A stretch of 63,994 nucleotides of DNA, counting the filler, from Piptocephalis cylindrospora (Eukaryota), in assembly GCA_003614145.1 (NCBI GenBank). It is 6 parts of 6 records of this genome, joined end to end, with 100 filler letters (N's around TTAATTAATTAA, not from the genome) between each part and the next. Parts side by side here need not be neighbours in the genome. Positions count along the whole stretch, not along the records: positions 53,505 to 63,994 come from KZ988036.1; 5 more parts are not named here. One strand, 5' to 3'. A program made the translations under genes and the position numbers. How positions within the stretch are numbered: the stretch's first letter is position 1; each line of letters opens with the position of its first letter. Shown here piece after piece: positions 59,001 through 63,994 of the stretch. The notes under the pieces were generated by a model. That model was not told where the DNA came from. It was given only the letters and a program-made list of their open reading frames with translations, and made no database searches.

Positions 59001-60566
59001 CTCCTCCCTGCCCCACCGGGTATCCCAGAGGCGAGTGATCCATTTCAGAGATCGATGTCCTCCCATGGTCTTTCTGGAGAAGAGGAGGTTAAACGTACTA
59101 AGGGGAATGAAGGAGGGCATGAGGGAGTCGATGTTTTAATCGCTCCCATAGATCCCGAGCATGCGGCTGAAGGGAATGGCCAAGTCATGGGCCCCTTACT
59201 CGCCGCTCCCCACTTTCCTCCTCCTCCTCCTCCTCCTTCTCGTCTTGGCCCTGGTCCTCCGCTCTCAGTCCCCCTTCCTCCTCCACTTTCCAATCCCTCC
59301 TTTCACTCCTCTTCCTCCTCCTCCTCTGTTACCTCATCCCCTCCTCCATTGTCCCCCTCTCCCGTCTCTACTACATCCTCGGCCGCAGCCTCTCCCTCTT
59401 CCTCCTCCTCCTCGTCCCTTGCGGTGAACTACGAGGAGGTTGAGCCCGAGGACCTGGACCTCTCCTCTCTTTCCCTCTCTACAGACCTTGTCAATCGACT
59501 GATGGAGTTGTGGGGCGAGGTCCGGCAGGTCCGAGAGCTTCAGGGGAGATCGTGCCGGACCAAGAGACGAGCGACGTTTGCGGCCCTAATCCTCTTTCTG
59601 TGTCGACAAGCCTGTATTCCACGGACGTTTCACGAGATGGGCAAGGCGGCTTATGTGAGCAAAAGTGAGGTTGGGGTGAATTACCGATGGCTTGTCTCCA
59701 AGATGACCCCGGAAGCCGGGTTAACTCGACCCGTCGGGGTGGTGGATTTTATTGTAAGTGATTGGGCATTGTGTGTGTGTGTGTGTATGTGTGTGTGCAG
59801 TAGAGATCCTGTCTAATTTACCACCCGTTTCTTCCTGCTCTAGAAACGTTGGTGTGGAGATCTCAAGACGCCAGGATGGGTGGAGCCGGCAGCCGTGGGG
59901 ACGTTCTGGGCGTCGGACCGGGTGGGGCTTCATCCGGGAAAGTGTCCAACGTCAGTGGGGGCAGCGGCGATTTGGTTTGTGCTTTGGGCGGTGGATCGAG
60001 CGGATACGCTTTTGCATATGCAGGAGAAGCAGCTTCAGAAGGCCAAGTACGTCCAGGTGCAGCTGGATCGGGAGCACGAACTACGTAAGCTACGTCGACT
60101 TGGCATTCGTGGAACCCGATGGGAGACCGGGGAAGGGGATGGGGAGGGAGAGGGAGACGGGGAAGGGGAGGGTGTGGAGGTGGATGCAAGCAAGATCCCC
60201 CTCTCCACCACCATCTCCTCTTCCTTGGTGTTGACTGGGAAGGACAAGGAAGAGGATAGCACGGATCCATTACCGGTCGTGGGGATTCAACAGAATGTGG
60301 ATCTGCTCGTGTCGATCCCCCCATCCAACCGGTTCCGCACAGGATATGATGGGAAGGAGGTGGCCAGTGTGGCTGGAGTGGTGTTGGCCACCCTGATGAA
60401 TACGTGGAAGGGGATGATTGGCCGATGGCCTGAGCTGATGCCCGAAGGTCTCCTGGCTGCAGCGTCCCGTGGGGGCTCTGTGTCCTTGGAGATGTGGGGA
60501 AAGCAGAATCGGAGCCTTTTAGAGGGTGGGGGAGGAGGGGCAGGGAAAGGCAAGTCATCCAAGTAA
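56075..60566 (+). CDS. Large TFIIB-core-domain protein with AT-hook and long low-complexity N-terminus (~1434 aa; exons 56075-57034, 57132-59753, 59844-60566)
   Basis: Both introns are GTAAG..TAG and phase 0; C-terminus FAALILFLCRQACIPRTFHEM..SKSEVG, DFIKRWCGDL, GKCPTSVGAAAIWF, EVASVAGVVLATL align with the two TFIIB cyclin-fold repeats; RKRGRPR at 58257-58277. Confidence 0.8.
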
Positions 60567-60867
60567 GCTATGGATGATGTGTGTTGAGCGGGGGGGGGGA
60601 TGAATGATGAAATGTGAATGTGGCCTGTCTTTTTTAGTATTGAAATTGAGCAGTAATGTGTGTGTGTGTGTGTGTTGCTGTGATGGAGGCAAGGCAGGCG
60701 CGTGTGTGGGGGGGGAGGGGGGAGGAAAAGGATAAAAATGACACGACGGATTGCGCGGACACGAGTCTGACCCATTTTTTCCCACCCTCTTCTCTCTCTT
60801 TTCACACACAAACCCTCTGACCCCTCGTCTCTCCATCTACTCGAAGCAAGCATCCGCCCATCTCACC

Positions 60868-61238
60868 ATGTCTACTGCAGGAACTGTGATTGTGCACGGA
60901 GGATCCGGTGCTCTAGGAAGGAGTCTAGTGAGCAAGTTTGTCTCGGAGGGCTGGAGGGTGGTGTCTGTGGATCTGGGGAAGAATGAGGAGGCGACGGAGA
61001 ATGTCATTGTTGCGGGAGGCACTGGAGGGGCTTCTGAGCAGGCCGAGGAGGTACTTTCTGGGGTGAAGAAGGTTGTTGGGGAGGAGGATAAGGTGCAGGC
61101 GGTGCTATGTGTTGCTGGGGGCTGGGCGGGTGGAGGAGTTGGGAAGATTGGAGGATTACGTGGAGCGGATAGGATGTGGGAGCAAAGTGTGGTTTCCTCC
61201 CTGGTTGCTTCTCATCTCGCAGTTCATCTGTTGGATAA
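60868..61238 (+). CDS. QDPR: Dihydropteridine reductase (SDR family), exon 1 only; remainder replaced by the inverted duplication
   Basis: VIVHGGSGALG, VVSVDLGKNEEA, EQAEEV, AVLCVAGGWAGG, MWEQSVVSSLVASHLA match DHPR; GTAAGT donor at 61239. Confidence 0.9.
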
Positions 61239-61253
61239 GTAAGTTGGATGGGG

Positions 61254-61922
61254 TGGATAATGGGCATAGGAAGAATGAGGGGCGGGGTTGGACTGGGGAT
61301 GAGCATAGTAGGCGGATGCGTCAGAGGGTTGCATTGGATGGCCTGAGGGATCTAATGCGTACTGAGTATGAGTGGGGTATCCCACAGGATACCCGTCCGG
61401 ACGCATTATGGGGGACCGTGTCATCCAGGAAAGGGAATTGCGAATCCTAAGGGATGAATTTGAGAAGAGCTAGACCAAACGAAATGGATTCAGCCACCAA
61501 AATTGTTTGAGGAAGAGGGCTCAATGGAGGAACAATTGTACTGATCACAAAAAAGCGTGAATGAGGCTAGGAGGGTGAATCGAGGGAAGGGGAAGGGATG
61601 AGATGGAAGAGAGAGAGAGAAAAGGAGAGAGGGAGGGAGGGAGAGTAAAAGTTTGGATACACGCACACAACGGAGTGCCAGGATGGGAGAAACGAAGATG
61701 AGCTGAAAAAAGGGAAAAGGTCAAAGAGGGAGGAGGGAGAGGGAGAGATCAAGAGGTTGAAGCAATAGACGTGGTGAGGGATGGTGAGTAAAGAATGGGA
61801 ATAGGATGAAAAGGGCGGAGAGTGGAGGGATGAAAGACCCAGACCGCCCTTTATATCGACTTGGCGGGGCATGGTCGCGCTCGGGGTGAAGGGCGGCAAG
61901 AGGAGGCAGTACAGATATAACG

Positions 61923-61957
<35 letters not shown>

Positions 61958-63994
61958 GTACATACACTATCTTTCGTTCTGTGAGAGGGAGCGGGTGCAT
62001 GTGTGAACGATCCTGTGTGTAGATGGAAGGCAAGGAAAGTGTGGGTCAGGAAGAGGGCGGGAGAGCAGGGCTGATTGGTTCATGCAGGCCAATCAGCCTC
62101 GTCACCATCGACTGCCTTCACGCGCTCTCAGTAATTTCAGTAGTAAGAACGAAATGAGAAAAAGGTCTGTTAACTATCTACCTAAGGTAGGGTTGCGTAT
62201 GTACCAGCGATGAACAGAGTTTTTCTATATCACTGTGGGGAGATTGACTTTATAAAGTAGGTATGGAAAAGGAGAGCGCATACATCCATTCATGGATACT
62301 TTCCCCGTTAATCCCGCTGGGATGGGGCTGAGGTGGGTCTTCAGAGAAAGCTCATAATTTTAGCGTCGTATCCAGAAAACACCCCCCCTGTTCAAGGGAC
62401 TCATGCACCTCCTCTAAGGGGCTGGAGGATAAAACGTGATGGGACGAGAGGCAGAATCGTAAAGATATTGCAAGGCGCGTCCAAGAACAGCCTCTCCTTA
62501 CCCTGCCTGGGATAGATTGGCGAGGGTGCTGCATATAAGGTAGTGACTGTGCATTGCATGTCTTTGCACCAATCAAGCCCATCTCGTTGTATGAATGGGG
62601 TGAAGGAGAGGGAAAGGAAAAGCGTTTTAACAGGACTTTTATCTTTTAGAGAAATTGATGCTCTCACCTCCGAGAGCGAGGGGTGTAACCACCCGATGAA
62701 AAAGGGCTAAAAACCCGATGAAAAAGGGCTATGAATGAATCGTGACTCTATGAAAACACACCCGCCAAACCGCCACAATAATATTTCCCCCATATCCACG
62801 TTTTTCTTCAGCGGTAATCGTGACGGATCAGGGTGAGGAACTCCTCCCGAGTCTTGGGGTCGTCCCGAAAGACCCCCAGCATGGTACTCGTGACGGTTTG
62901 GCTTCCAGGCTTTTGAACTCCACGCATGACCATACACAAATGGGAGGCCTCCATGATGACGGCGACGCCCTGGGGCCTGAGGATCTCCATGAGGGAGACG
63001 GCAATCTGCTTGGTAAGCCGTTCCTGGACCTGAAGACGACGGGAGAACATTTCAGCAATCCGTGCCAACTTGCTTAGTCCAAGAACCCTTCTGTTCGGGA
63101 TGTAGCCAATGTGGATCTGAGGGAAAGGGGGATGGCGGACGGTGAGATGGGAGGGCGCCATGCATCATCTAGCATCCAGTTTTTAACCACTTACCTTCCC
63201 GGTAAAAGGAACCATATGGTGCTCACAAAGAGAAAAGACATCAATGTTCTTGACAATGACCATTTCATCGTGATCTTCATCAAAGACGGCCTCATTGATG
63301 ATATCACGGATGTTTTCCTCATAGCCCTTGGTGAAGAACATGAGAGCCTCGGCATAGCGTGCTGGGGTGCGAACGAGACCCTCGCGATCGGGATTTTCAC
63401 CGACGCACTCTAGGATGGTTCGGACGGCACCTGCTATTTTTTCCACGCGCTCCTTCTTTTCCTCCTCCGTCTCCTCCAGTCTCTGCCTTGTACCAGGGCC
63501 TGTGTGTGGAGGGGGATGAGAGGGGGGAAGGGAGTATTGGGCCACGCGGGGAAATAAAAAAACTTACAAGGAAAGGAAAGGCCGTCCATGTCCACAGAGC
63601 CAGAACGGGAGGAGGTGGTGGAGGAACCGGAGGAGGCGACGACGGCAAGTGGATGACGAAGAGGACTTGCCTCGGTGGGTCGAAGGGCCGGGGAGATAGG
63701 AGGTCCAGTGTACTGCTGACTCATAATGTAGATGGATGGTACGCAAAGGAAGTAAGTCTGAGGGAGGGTAAAGAATCCAAGATATGGGAGCGAGTGATGC
63801 AAAGGTAAGGGGCTCAGGGTAAGGGAGGACGCAGGTGGGAACGAGACTAGAGTCCTGTTTATATAAGCGTTGCTTAGGGTATATTGGTGGTACACACAGA
63901 GTCGCTCCCTAACCAAAGGGGGTCAGAGTGTCCCCCCCCCCCCCACACCCCCACCGCCCCCACCCCCTCGCCACCGCCGACGTGTCTCACATCC
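61254..63994 (-). repeat. Right arm of 2741-bp inverted duplication
   Basis: Ends ..GTGTCTCACATCC, the reverse complement of the contig start GGATGTGAGACAC.. Confidence 0.97.
62808..63724 (-). CDS. FOL2: Second, identical copy of GTP cyclohydrolase I inside the inverted duplication (may be artefactual)
   Basis: Mirror of 53775-54691 with identical ORF translations. Confidence 0.6.

Noticed and set aside
53505..63994. TIR transposon or linear plasmid interpretation of the inverted arms
   Set aside because: No transposase or protein-primed polymerase; the arms contain ordinary intron-bearing housekeeping sequence and break genes at the junction

Overview
Eukaryotic (fungal) nuclear DNA, not prokaryotic: compact genes with short (~60-180 nt) GT-AG introns and pyrimidine-rich promoters. 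The gene set (QDPR, class I photolyase, pentafunctional ARO1) suggests an early-diverging fungus; a Zoopagomycota such as Piptocephalis is my guess, not established. The window is six unrelated contigs (1-10616, 10717-21327, 21428-32031, 32132-42728, 42829-53404, 53505-63994) of descending length joined by artificial N44-TTAATTAATTAA-N44 spacers, so adjacency across spacers is meaningless. Most genes are housekeeping: CCT1, ITC1, ABHD12-like hydrolase, VPS34 (part), MSH1 (part), RPS10, eEF2, ARL2, UNC-45/She4 (part), TBL1/Sif2 (part), OSH6/7-like, tRNA-Asn, RSM27, two AhpD-like genes, prefoldin 6, RPB5 (part), SamB/MUB1 (part), RNR2, ARO1, CPD photolyase, FCF2, F-box/LRR, GTP cyclohydrolase I and QDPR (truncated). 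The best novelty candidate is a ~1434-aa TFIIB-core protein with no Zn-ribbon, an AT-hook and a very long low-complexity N-terminus. It lies between GTP cyclohydrolase I and dihydropteridine reductase (both tetrahydrobiopterin-pathway enzymes) on a contig whose ends are 2.74-kb inverted repeats, most likely an amplification/assembly chimera. Other leads are a diverged tandem AhpD-like pair, a small secreted Cys protein and a 780-aa orphan. All family assignments are from recalled motifs; no searches were run.
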